Of a stretch of 64,000 nucleotides of DNA, positions 50,606-62,645 are shown one piece after another. The notes under the pieces were generated by a model. The model ran no database searches, had not been told where the DNA came from, and worked only from the letters and a program-made list of their open reading frames with translations. A program made the translations under genes and the position numbers. Source of the stretch: Marsupella aquatica (taxonomy: Eukaryota; Plantae; Marchantiophyta); contig OZ316891.1 of assembly GCA_973895155.1 (NCBI GenBank), forward strand, positions 17,015,651 to 17,079,650. The letters are read 5' to 3'. How positions within the stretch are numbered: position 1 is the stretch's first letter; each line of letters opens with the position of its first letter.

Positions 50606-53600
50606 GCCTTTTGTAAACACCTCCTGGTAGCCGCTTCCACAACTAGGCGCCGCTCTCGAATAAAATTGTCTACGGAAGGAACCTTGCTTTCCGTCCGCCA
50701 AGCTTCCGGATTTATAAACCAACACAAATGGCGTAAACCCCGTCGCCAAATGCTTGGTCAAGTTATACCTAAACTCGGCCATCGTTAAGTGCTTTGCCCA
50801 ATCCTTTTGATTGGTCGTCACAAAGTGACGCAAGTAGTCCTCCACGATACCATTAACCCGTTCCGTTTGGCCATCTGTCTTGTGATGATACGCTCATCCC
50901 CTGGCCAGGTCCGTTCCGGATAACCGGAACAACGCCTTCCAAAAATGGCCCGTGAACTTGGTATCATGATCGGACAGGATATGCAACGGCAATCCCCATT
51001 GTCGGAAGACATTGTCAAACACTAGACCGGCAACCTCTTGGGCCGAAGTAGGCAAGAAATACACCATCTTGGAAAATGATCCACGATGGTCAAGATGGAG
51101 TTACAGCCGTGGGACTCAGGTAACCCAACAATGAAGTCCATGGAGATAGACTCCCATGGAGCCGCAACTACTGGCAAGGGTTGCAACAGTCCTCCTTTTG
51201 CCCTATAGACCGTTTGGTTCTTTTGGCATGAGTAACAACTTTGCACGTGTTGAAGGACCGATTGCTTCATTCCAGCCAATACACATCTCGCGACATGCTG
51301 CGATACATAGCGGCTTGTCCTCCATGCCCTCCCCAGGGCTAGTCGTGGTACTTTTGCAGAACCTCTAACCTTAGAGACTCTGGTATGTACACACGCCTCT
51401 GCTTGTATCACCATAACTGAACATTATGCATCGTATCCAACCCCAATGATACATGCCTTACCTTGCCTTGGCTACCCCCATTGCTTTGCCATTCCTTAGC
51501 TAACCTGTCATCCCCATACGCCGCGGCCAGAACCTTTGGCCACTCGGATTTGAGCATCGTGATCCCATTGACACGATGTTAGTCCTTACGCGATAACGCA
51601 TCCGCTGCCGTATTTGTCTTCCCTGGAACGTGGCGGACTTCAAAATCAAAATCCGCCAAGAACATCTGCCAGCGCATTTCCTTGGGGTTCAGTCTTGGCT
51701 TAGAACTGAAATACCCGGCCGACGAGCTATCTGTGTGGATTACCACTTTGGGACCGTTCTTAAGGTAAATCTCCCACTTCTTCAACGCATAGATCACAAC
51801 ATACATTTCCCTTTCCGGTGTGATCCAATGATTTTCCAACTTACATGACTCAAAGGCCACAGGACGCCCATCTTGGCAAAGACAGGCGCCAATGGCGTAA
51901 TCACTTGCATGTGTCCAAATCTCGAACGGTTTCCCATCTTAGGTAACTTTAGAACCAGCGGCGTTATCATTAGCCACTTAAGTTCCAGGAATGCTAACTC
52001 GCAATCCTGAGTCCACACAAACACTTTGTTTTTCAATGTTAGCGCGTTTAGGGGCCTCGCGATCCTTGCATAGTCTTTCATGTATCTTCGATAGAACTCC
52101 GTAAATCCTAAGAAGGCTCTAACCTGCCTTACATTGGACGGGCGCTCCCATTCTTTGATCTCCTTAAGCTTGTCCTGACTAGGCGTAATCCCTTCCAGGG
52201 TAAAGGTATGGCTGAGGAACTGAATCTTGTTCATCGCAAACTTGCACTTGCTAGGTTTAGCAAAGAGACAAGCCTTACAAAGGCGAGAGAACACTTCTCT
52301 GAGCAACTGCTCATGTTCCTCCAACGTTTTTGAGTAGATTAGGATGTCGTCAATAAAGACGACCACTCCTTGGTCCAACAAGTCATGAAAGATGGTATTC
52401 ATCATCTTCATGAACATTGCGGTTGCATTACACAACCCAAACGGCATAACCAAAAACTCATAGGATCCGAACCTTGTGCGCATTGCGGTCTTATACTCGT
52501 CTCCCTTAGCCATGCGGATCTGGTAATACCCAGACCGCAAGTCCACCTTTGAAAACTTCTTAGCTCCGGAGAGGCAATCGAAGAGGTCATCCATATGAGG
52601 TAACGGGTACTTGTTCTTTATCATTTGCTTATTGAGTGCCTGGTAATCTGCGCACAATCTCAAAGTACCATCCTTTTTGGACAAAAACAGTGTGGGCGCC
52701 CCGTAAGGACTCTTACTAGGGCAAATGAACCCTTGGTCAATCAACTCTTCCAAGGCGTTCTTCAACATTATTCGCTCGTTCAGGTTCAAACGATAAGGAG
52801 CTTTAGCCTGAGGAGCCGATCCCGGCTCCAACTCAACTTGGTGATCCACTTCTCTCCTCGGGGGTAAACCTTTAGGTAGCTTCTGCGAGAGCATGTCGTT
52901 GAATTCCTCTAAAATTTCAGGAATTCGACCGCAGTCAGGCCTGACCTTAGCTGACTTGACCTTTGGCTGCGAAACAGCCTCCTTAGTTGGGTGGAGATGA
53001 AAGAAGAAACATTCATGTCCACCCTTGAAGTCTTTCCACCATTGCTTTGCCGATACACACGGAGACAACCATGACACTTTACTTACTTTGAGAAATCTTT
53101 CTTTATTTTTGGTAACTTCGTGTACAACGATGGGCTCACCACCCTTATTGGGAAAATGGAGCACCTCACCCCCCGGTTTCAAGGTAATATTGTGCTTTGT
53201 GAGATAACCTACCGACAAAATGAAGTCTACGGCTAGACCGTCTAGAACGTAGAACATCTCCTGACTAACAAAATTTTGTTGCTCGCCTATGACCTCTACT
53301 CAAAGTCTATGTACCACTCTCGACACTATCCCCTTTGTGTCGTTGGAAAACTTGCACACTAACGGTTGTAGCAACTCTTGCACGTCCACCCCAAGACGTG
53401 TTGTCGCCTGCCCACTTATGAAGCAGGCGGTCGCGCTTGTATCCACCAACGCAACACCCAGACTACCGTTAGAAGTGACATTCACAAAAATCAGTTTTTC
53501 AGGATCCATTGTCTTAACCTTAGGTATCTTCTCTTGCAACAACCCCCTCTCTCCGGCAGGAACATCCCCTATAGGGACTTTGTCAGCTACTAAGGGTTTG

Positions 53601-54684
53601 GTTAGAGCGATACTTACCTTAATGCTCTTCTGCCCTCCACCATCTCCGCTCGGCTTGCCACCTTTCGTGGAACAATCCTTACTTTGATGGCCCATGACAC
53701 CACATGTGAAGCACAAACCTTCAGCCCGCCTTTGCTCCATGGTTGCCTGCTTCTTTGCTTTTTGGGCCGATGAGGCTCCTTTCTTGAAGTTGTCGGCCTT
53801 CCGGTTTTGCTTAGCTTCTCCATTCAGGGGCTAAGAATCCGAACCACCGCCCCCCGCCCCCTCAGGTTGCTTACGCTTATTCCCAAACCTTTCGCTTTCC
53901 CAGCTTTCCCAGCTTCCCCCTCGGATCCCTTGCCACCCACCTTCACCAAGTCCGTTCGGTTGTTCACCAACATAGTGGCCTTGTCAAAGGCGTCAGAAAG
54001 TGTTTTGAACTCATGACACTTTTCCTGCAACTTTTCCCTTAGCAACGGCGGGAGCTTCACGATAAAGTTGTGAAGCTGTGTATGCAGGGTCTCTTGTCCT
54101 GTCGGGATACACGCCAACTGATTCTAGTAATAAGTGATGAACTTTTGGATATCACCCCTGAAGCTCATCTCCGTTACACATTTTTGAGCGTGCCGCTCTG
54201 GGTACTTAGTGGTGGCATGAGCACAGAGACTCTCAACCAGGTTTTCCCAAGTTAACGGCAAGGAGGAGTCCTCTCGCGACTTCTTCCATGACTTGTACCA
54301 AGTCAAGGCATAGTCCTTCAGGTAAGGAGCGGTTGCGGTAGCCCAAGTGGAACGCTCAATGCACGCTTGGAGATGAATCTCCATCGTGGAGAGCCAACTC
54401 AAGAACTTTTGTCCACTTTGTTTGTAGGCCCCATCATAAGTTGGAGGAGTCGGTAGCTAGTTCACTTGGAACATACTTCGTCCAACTACCATTCCCCCCT
54501 CAAGACACGACGCACTCTGACTACCCAAACTAAGTAAGTACTTAATCTGGGCCCCCTTGTTGTGTTCCAACTCCTCATAGATGAGTCGTTGGTCTTGAGT
54601 CAACGGACCCAGACCGTCGTCAGCGGCCGGGCCCTTGCGGTTGTATGAGGACGGTCCTCCAACCGTCGTTCCTTTGCGGGCCAC
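50606..54684 (-). pseudogene. Chromovirus gag-pol (Gag, CCHC, protease, RT, RNase H, integrase core), degraded
   Basis: CFTCGVMGHQSKDC; VALVDTSAT; KVDLRSGYYQ, YEFLVMPFGL, VFIDDILIYS; ADALSR; PWESISMDFIVGLP. Many frameshifts. Confidence 0.92.
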
Positions 54685-57374
54685 CTGTCCTTAGGTTCTC
54701 TTGTGGATTTTGGTGATACCCCCCGTGTCTTGCAAGCACCATGACCTCCCGGGACTGAGGTATCACCTGCGTCATCCTGGTTTTGCTTGGTCAAATTATC
54801 CACGATGACGTCCGGCTTGACATCATCCTTTGGTTCCGCATTCAACCCTCTCAAGGTTGGGATCAGTTCCTCCTCTGGGTCCTGACCCTCTTTCTCTATT
54901 TCGGCTTCAGCCTCGTCGTCGCTTCCTTCTACGTCGGAGTCGTCGTCATCCAACCCATCCTCTGAAGGATTAGCCACCTCCTTCCCTTTAAGTCGACGGC
55001 GCTCTACACTTGACGTGTTCGCCGCAGCGGTCAACGGTTTGGCCATTGCGTCTTCTTCGTCCTACTTATAACGTTTGTCTAGGGAAGTTGACCCGTCCTC
55101 CTTCTATTCATCTTGAACTTGGGCTCTCCCCTTGGTGGGGGGAGCCTGTTTGCCACTCTTTGATTGAGTGTTTTTAGCCATGTTCCCAGTGCCCGAATCT
55201 GCCCGCAGTCAACCCGCCGGGCACGTTGAAGCACTAAGTCCCCGCAAAAATCCGTTAAGATTTTTGGATTCCGACTTAGCACAACCCCGGCCCGGTGTCT
55301 ATGCCAGCAATCGTTCTGATACCACAAGTGGTGGACCTTGCCACCCAGCGCCCTCACCAATCCCAGCACTCGCGCCTAAGTGCCCTTGGTGCCCAAACGC
55401 TTCCATAGAATACCTTGAGCAAGCACCCTAGTGCCTCTTGCACCACCAGCGGCCCCTCCCATACGAAGCTGCACTTGCTCACCTACACAACCGCTACTCA
55501 ACGGTCCTCACTGTCTGCACAAGCAACCAAGCACCTCGGTAAGTACCCCTTTAGGATCTAGAACTCGCCAAGTCTAGCATCCTAACTCAAGCTCAAAATA
55601 CGTTGGTAAATAGGTTAGCTATAGGTCCCCCCGATGCCATAAGCCGGAACCAGAACCCACGCCCACTGTTCGTCCAGAACAGCTCCTTCCTTGGGCGCGG
55701 CCCGGGTTCCCCCTCATACCTATCCATCACCAACTGACCGCCCTGACCTCAGGACATGCTCATGGCCCAAATAGCGTAGCTTGTCCTAAAGGTTGTCCCA
55801 AGCTTGTCCCAACACGCCGAGACCAGAACGGCCCCGACTCTAGCAACCGCACCTGGTTTGCCCCACTGGTGGTCTAGGGGCCAAGCACCCTTGGAACTCA
55901 GCCTCCACACCTACTTGGCCTTACCTCCCCAATGCAAGCTCCCTTGGGAGACTGAACGCGGCTTGGCTGCTGTTCGGCAAGATTTGACAAGCGGGCGAGC
56001 TAACACCCGCAAACCACAAGAACCTACGGCATCCCCAGACCCAGATGAGCTCAAGAGGGCGTAGCCCTCTTCAAGAACTTTCCAACGCACCTAAGAAGTC
56101 CTCCAACAAACTTCTTGTTGGGAAGATATCGCGATTTCTGTTTGGCGGTTTCCCTTAGTGTCGCGACCGCCGCGGCTCACGACTTTGGCTCGCCCTTAGC
56201 CCCCAGGGAGACACCACTCCCCTTATATATGCTTCTGGAGACCTGTCATCCTTGGACCAGCTTTGGTCCCTAAACATTTGGCCCCCAACCCGGATCCCAT
56301 CGCGCATAATGGGCGCGCCACCAATTGGCAACGCCCATAACTTTCTTGATAGGCATCCGCAAGCGGAGTGCCTTAGCCCGTTGTGACCGGCTGACCCAGT
56401 GCTCATGCCTAGGCCCTCAGGTCTGATCGCCGCTCGGGGCCCCTGACCAGCCCAACCCGGATCGGGCCACAACTTGTGCCCCAAGCGTCCGTTGCCAATG
56501 GCGTCAACTCCATTGGCCTTGGGCCCAAGAGGAGCTCACTCCCAAGCCCTCAAAACTCAAAGTCCATCCAGAGGTCCGGACGTCCATCCTTGAGTGCGGC
56601 CCATTTCCCCTTGACCTGACCAGCCATCGGCTAGTCCAAGTCCTTAGTGTGTGCCCCCAGCTTGGCTCCTTGCCTCGCTAGTGCCACGTCTCATTGCCCA
56701 CAAGTCTCCCTATGCTAAGTCCTCCCTGGATAGCCTATCCGGGCCTGGACCATAAGGGATCTCAATGTCGGAGTCAGCGATGCCGGAGCTAAGTGTTAAG
56801 GCAGTGGAGTTCCGCGACTATAGGTCAGCCCTATTATCTTTTGTTGGAATCCACTTAACCTGGGTCTTCTCTTGATGTTGTTCGTGTGCGTAGAAGAGCT
56901 TTGGGGCAATGTGTTTGATTCTGTCGCCCTTGATAAAGCCTTTTATCTAACATTTCACTAACTCTGGAGATTGTTTTGTCCAAAGTTGAAGGATGAAATT
57001 GCCAAAACATTCATTTCAAAAATCCAAAAAGGTGATCTGAAATTTCCAAAACCCAAAATTGAAGTTTCCAAAAGCATACTTTTAAATTTCCAAAACCTAG
57101 TCCATTGGATGAATTACGAAAGGCAATGAAAAAAGGACTCCTTCAAATGAATGACTGAAATTACATCTTTATAATAAATGGGACACTAACAGTGGTGCCG
57201 TACATATAATTTGATATCCCTTCATGGTACTTCATTGTTGGGTTTTTTGCTAACTACAACATCGTCTTCCGCTAAAGTGACTACAAAGTTGAATCTCAAC
57301 CTTGGCCAACACATATTTGACTAGACAACTACACTAATCATATCAAGAATATATGTGAACTAACAAATGAAGGA

Positions 57375-57473
57375 TGGCTTTGTCACAGACACCCATTTCT
57401 TCTCCTTCCTAAACTCTGTCCATCTTCCAAAACCCCTACCAAAGCCTCCCCTCTCCCCTCCGCGTTCCGCCAT
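57375..57473 (-). pseudogene. RPS2: Fragment of the 40S ribosomal protein S2 (uS5) N-terminus
   Basis: MAERGGERGGFGRGFG...EKKWVSVTK resembles the plant RPS2 start (MAERGG...FGRGFG...EKWVPVTK); the rest of the gene is absent. Confidence 0.55.
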
Positions 57474-57965
57474 AGTCCAAATGTGTCCGCCTTCAAGCCA
57501 AAACGACTCCTCCTCTCCTCTGCTACTGGGCCAAACTGAAAGGAATAATTCCAGGGTTGCGCATTGCCCTTTACCCCTCCCTCCCAATGGGGCTAATTCT
57601 ATCTATATGAAACATATTCACTAAATTCTATCCGTAATATGAACTACTATGTCCTACCTACTCTTTACTCTTGAGTTGATTCTTTAGAATTTTGACGTTT
57701 GTCTGTGAACTTTGTTGACTACTTTCACAAACTCCCTAAAATTTGTGGCGAATAGCCCATGCGTAGCTCCTAGGCCTTTTGCGCATTGATTAGTTTCATG
57801 CTCAGTGAAGTCTTCCTTATGAGACATCCACAATATGATCTCTATGTGCCGAGGAGTAAGTTCTGAAGTTGTCAGTTGGAGAACATCATATTTGCGCACT
57901 GGCCATGACGCAAAAAGCGAGTTAGATTCCCTAAACCCCTGGAGTTGAGTGTATATCTGTTGATA

Positions 57966-58670
57966 CTATTTTTTATCTTCAGCCAAATTCAGACTGGACC
58001 ATTTTGGAGTGTTTCGCCACAAATACACACGCACATCTCTTGCCAAGGCTAACTCCTGCAACACTGGTTGAAGTTTGTTGCTTATAAACGTATCTGCAAG
58101 GAAACCATTATTATTGCCGTTGAAGCAATCACAAAACAGCGTCGAGTATTCGGGGTTAAAGAAACTTCTATGAGGTAAATCATCAAGAAGGATGGTGTTG
58201 CTGTCATTATAAAGTGCGCTTGTCCGATCTCCATTTAAAACGAGGTCATCCCAAATATTTTTCAGTAATTTCACAAAGCAATTTTTCCCTTTGTTTCTTC
58301 CAGCCACATAAAATATCCCAGTCAACAAGCTCCAGTTCTCACAAAGACAAATCAATGCTTCTTGTTGGGAAACACTTTCTCCAAAATCTCATGCACATTA
58401 TGATATTAATACAGTACAGGACCATATCCCCACATCAAATGTCTGAAGACACCATTCAACGAAGCGCCGCATTCCCGGTCTTACATAGATGATTCTATTC
58501 TTTAGAAACAATGTTTCCCCATTTTCAGTATTTATATCTCTAAGAGACTTTGCTCGCACGCCCGATATTTGCACAATATGTAAGACGACATTCATCTCAA
58601 GTACGAGCAGTTTACGAGGAACGGTGTTTTGTATAATAGTTGCCATATCGTATGTTACAATATCTGCAGT
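57966..58670 (-). pseudogene. FCP1/NIF-like HAD phosphatase domain, frameshifted
   Basis: RKLLVLEMNVVL, YVRPGMRRFVEWCLQTFDVGIWS, YNDSNTILLDDLPHRSFFNP. The catalytic DxDxT is degenerate. Confidence 0.7.
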
Positions 58671-58791
58671 GACAAAACAATAAATGAACATCGATATCAT
58701 AAAGTCAATGCAAGAGCGTAACATCAATTACGACGCATTGCAGCGTATGGAAATCTGACGATAACCTATTCCACAGGAGAATCGCGTAGAT

Positions 58792-59896
58792 CTAACTCAA
58801 ATGATGACGATAAAGGCTTAGAACAATTTTCCTCCTTTCAGCATCCATGTCCTCGGCTTTGAAATCAATAGGCTTCTCCCTACTCTGGTAATCGGCAAAT
58901 TTCATGACAAACACTCCGCAGTTGTAGTCATCGGTTTGAAGAGGAATGTCTTTACAAAAGTTTCTCGGCCACGACAAAGCATTCAGTTCCTTATGAATTC
59001 TGAACATGGCTTCATCATCTAGATATCTTGCTAGGTTCTCAAGAACTTCAGGGTTATCTCCGTGCAAAGAATCCAAATAGTCCAGTTTCTTAAGACCCAT
59101 GTCGATGACGACCAGTGCCCAATGGTTATGTCCCTCATGAATAGGGACCATGACCATCTCTACATCAGTTAAAAAGTACTCCAATTTTGAGGTCCATGTT
59201 TGGACGTCCTCATACTTATATCCACCTCGAGCAAGTTCAGAATAGAACCAAGTATAAAAAATATGAACCTACGGGAGCTCACTGCCCGCGGATTCTGCTC
59301 TTGAAGCAATCAGAATTTCAAAAGTTATCCATCGCTCAGGACCTAGACATGCCACCTCGCAGCGAGTTATGACGCATCCACTGATTGTCGACAAAACAAA
59401 ACCCTGATCCAAGTCAGGGTTGAGGCAAAAGTTTATTGCCACATCATCGTTCAGGTTGAGAGAAGTGGGAAAAGAGTGAATTGGCACCTGCCTCATTTGC
59501 TGGATCCGCTGCAAGTTTCATGACAACATTACCAAAATGTCTGATGATGGGCTCGACCTCGACCTCGTAGGGACCCTGATTTTCTGCCCAAGTGTGGGGA
59601 GGGGATGGATTGACAATGCTAACGGCTTCTTGAACTCCAGTTACAACCCAAAGGTAATCGGAAGGATCCTCAGACACAACCGGTGCAATATCATTTACAA
59701 TTGAGTCCACCTCGCCAAACAATCCCACACGAGGCTCGCCTAGAGGGCTATGAGATTGTGGGAGAGATAGAGTTATCCCACCGTGATTGTGTTCTTCCTC
59801 CACAAGAGGTCCTTTGGAACTCCCTAAGTGGTAGATCGGTCTTTGGGCCTCACCAAATTCCCAAGGACGGCGAATCTGTTCTCCGACATTAATCAT
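58792..59896 (-). pseudogene. Ulp1/C48 SUMO-protease-like gene, frameshifted
   Basis: LGPERWI..., GYKYEDVQTWT, VPIHEGHNHWALVVID, YLDSL, PLQTDDYNCGVFV (H-D-C triad and oxyanion Q). Confidence 0.85.
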
Positions 59897-59949
59897 TCCA
59901 ACAAAAGGATCAAAAAAATTGTTATTGTCTTCTAGACGGGTATAATGGG

Positions 59950-62645
59950 AGACTGTTCGGACAGTGATATGATAGTGCCTCCCTTCCTTTGCGCCACTTG
60001 CATTAGAGTTTTGCGTTGAGCTACCTTCCCCTCCTGGAAGTTTCCATAAGGATTTCGCGAATCATGCGACACCCTCCAACGACAGTCACCAAGTCGTTGG
60101 CGGGGACATTCACGACAATCTTCAATAAATGCAGCAGCTCCGATTGTGTCCACGTATTCTGAATTGAGAGTGTCATATCGACAATAGCAAGTGATGCCAT
60201 AATCCTCTCCCTACAACTCGTCAAATCAAAAGGAGGCTCCGCGGAAGCAAGAAGATTCCCAAAGTAAAATATTCGATATGGATCCATTCTCTCACGGACA
60301 GTTCCACCAAATTTTTTTGGTAAATATTTCGTAACCTATTCTTCAAAGGTTCTGGCATATTGGATTTTGCAGAGACTTTGACTGAACTCTTGAAATAAGC
60401 ATTGTCCACCATCGAGCAACATCGATCCAATTCTTCATTGGTGAAATCCCGGGTGAAATTAAACTCGCGGACCACGTCCGACCAAACGGCCCTAACATTG
60501 AAAACATTTTCATAGGTCTCCGCGGGGGTATAGCGACGGAGACAGGAAACAGGTAAATAGGATTTTTTTCCTATTTTTAACATGCTGTTACTAGGAAAAA
60601 ATCACTATTACCAGGAAAATGACAATTTAAAAATGTATTCTAAAACATGTCATTTTCAAAAAAAATTAACAATGCAACATTTTTGGCTAGCTTTGGGCGC
60701 TACTATTAGCAACGCCGGGTGCTAGCAAAAAAACTGGTCGACCGAAAGAAAAAAGAATTAAATTTCAAAAAAAATTCAAAAAACATTTGCACCCATTTTC
60801 CTGTTACCAGTGTTTTTCCTGTTACCAATTTCTGTTATTCCTTACAAACCAGTTTCTGTTATTAACTCATGTTTCCTGTTTTGTTGTCTTGAGAGAGGTA
60901 GTACCGCAAGATTGCACCTTTCAGCTTTTCCGTATATTTGGCTTTCATTGCAAGGTCGGACATTGAAGGTATATCTGTCCTTGCATGTCTTCTCTTCATC
61001 AAGAGAACCTCTCCCGATTGAAATTTATTCAAGATAGTGGTAATGCCGGATTCTTGCGCCCCCTCAAATACCCTGAATGTCATCCCCGTTAGTTGCTTTG
61101 CTTCCCTCTTCTTCCCAGTCATCTCTCCATTGTTGTCAGGTAAACTACCGGACAACCAACTATTGCAGACGGACATCCACAACTTATAGAGGCTCTCCGA
61201 TGCAAAAAGGATCCAATTGTATTTGCTGATGCTATTCGCTTTTAGTGTGACTTTGGCCAACCCTTTGTAATCTTGAAAACCAACAACAAATGGTAAGAAC
61301 AACACACTAAACCAAACCTTTGGAGAAGGTATCTTAGAGCCAAGTCTTGGATTCTACACGAGGCTCGTGTGGACCACAAAAGAATTATGGTGTCAACAAC
61401 AACGGACCTGGAATTCCTGGGATTTTGCCCTGACGGCACTGGCCAAACTGGTCAATTCATTTATGAATATTGCATTCTGGCATGCCTCACCTGGTCGATG
61501 AATGGTGACAAGAAACGATGTGCTTCAACTTGCAAGTTGTTTGCATGTGAAATCTCAACCAACACCTTAACAGGTGTTGACCCCTTGAGAATTCTTGCAC
61601 GATGGAATTTGAGGAGGTTGGCAGTCTCAACCAGAGATGGCTGCGTTCGAAAACTTTGAATGATTTTCCTAGCGGCCATAGTCAAGTGTTGACCACTAAT
61701 TGCAAAATATTGATACTTGGATAATTGTTTTGAATCAAAATCTTTGATTGAAAGATCAATAAGATTGTAAACACCATTAATCATCTTGTAAGGCACCAGA
61801 TCTGCAGGCAAAGGTTCCTGATTGGCATTTGAAATCATCAACTGAACAAGATGGTTGACATGGTCTTTGTTGAGTAACCGCTCATTCATTTTTGTCGGCG
61901 GAGGATAGATATTCATCAAAGGAACCAGGAAGAATTTTGACAGCCCAAAAGAATACCAGCATCGGTTTGGCTGCAAAGTCTTTTCTGCCCTCTCAAGTTG
62001 AGCTCGATCAACGATTACTTTAGAACTTGAGTCAGCATTCATCTCAACATTCATGTCAACAATGTCATCCATGACATCCATCTCAATCATCTCCACTTTC
62101 TTACGTTGTTTCTTTGGGATTGGGACACCGGTTTCCGGAGCCTCTTCCTTTCCGTTAGTCTCTCTTTTGCGGCCTCTTCCACGCTTGGACTTCTCTGATC
62201 TTGTAACGCCAATGTCTGTGGATACGTCTTGCACTTGAGTATTCACCTTTTGAGAAGTCGGATTTGGTGCAGATTTTGAGGGCACCTTTTGTTTCACGAC
62301 AGAGGAAGGCTTTGCAGTGGAGGCCTTTGCAGTGGAGGCCTTCCTAGATAATTCCTTCTTCACGATACCCTTTGATATGGGTTTTCTATCTCTTTGACAA
62401 CTACTTGCTTCTTTTGAACCTTCTTCCTCACAGCCTTCTTTTGTTCTGGCATTTCAACTACTTTAATCTTCTTCTGTGGTTGTTTGGACTTTGCGATCTA
62501 TGGCCCTTTCACCTCAGTAGAGCTATTGCGGATTTTTTCCTGAGGGACTTTGACTTTCTCAACATTCTTAGAACCCACAATTATATTCAGAGCAATCTTT
62601 GAAGACAATCTTTTCTTGTGGGAAGGAGGAGCTTCTTCTTCAATT
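59950..62645 (-). pseudogene. Second ParB/Srx-like gene (K-rich N-terminus, ParB-like core ~61500-61950), interrupted by a MITE and truncated by an LTR
   Basis: ERLLNKDHVNHLVQLM...YQYFAISGQHLTMAA...LVEISHANN; downstream ORF pieces 60862-61305, 60221-60526 and 60021-60287. Confidence 0.55.
60526..60866. mobile_element. ~340-bp non-autonomous derivative (MITE-like) of transposon family A
   Basis: Starts GGGTATAGCGACGGAGACAG, identical to 40001-40020. CCTGTTACCAG-rich right end; degenerate palindromes at 60688 and 60710. Removal rejoins the host frame (GNM|xAETYENVF). Right boundary uncertain. Confidence 0.7.

Larger units (their letters stand above)
37549..56819 (-). mobile_element. Ty3/gypsy chromovirus; LTRs 55327-56819 (5') and 37549-39028 (3') with AGT...ACT termini
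   Basis: TSD ATAGG (37544-37548, 56820-56824); PBS TGGTATCAGAAC (tRNA-iMet type) at 55313-55324; G-rich PPT at 39031-39040; gag-PR-RT-RH-IN-chromodomain order. Confidence 0.92.
36631..56952 (-). mobile_element. Bianca-type Copia remnant: 3' LTR 36631-36732, PPT, and RNase H C-terminus (37443-37548 plus 56825-56952), split by the chromovirus
   Basis: Joining across the TSD gives IKGDRIKHIAPKLFYAHEQ...DNRADLFTKPLP...IGMRQFKDL, a Bianca-style RNase H tail. CTCCCCCTT (minus-strand PPT) abuts a 102-bp TG...CA LTR. Confidence 0.8.

Noticed and set aside
60526-60866. Spliceosomal intron in the second ParB-like gene
   Set aside because: No frame-restoring GT-AG pair was found, and the end is identical to the transposon A3 terminus.
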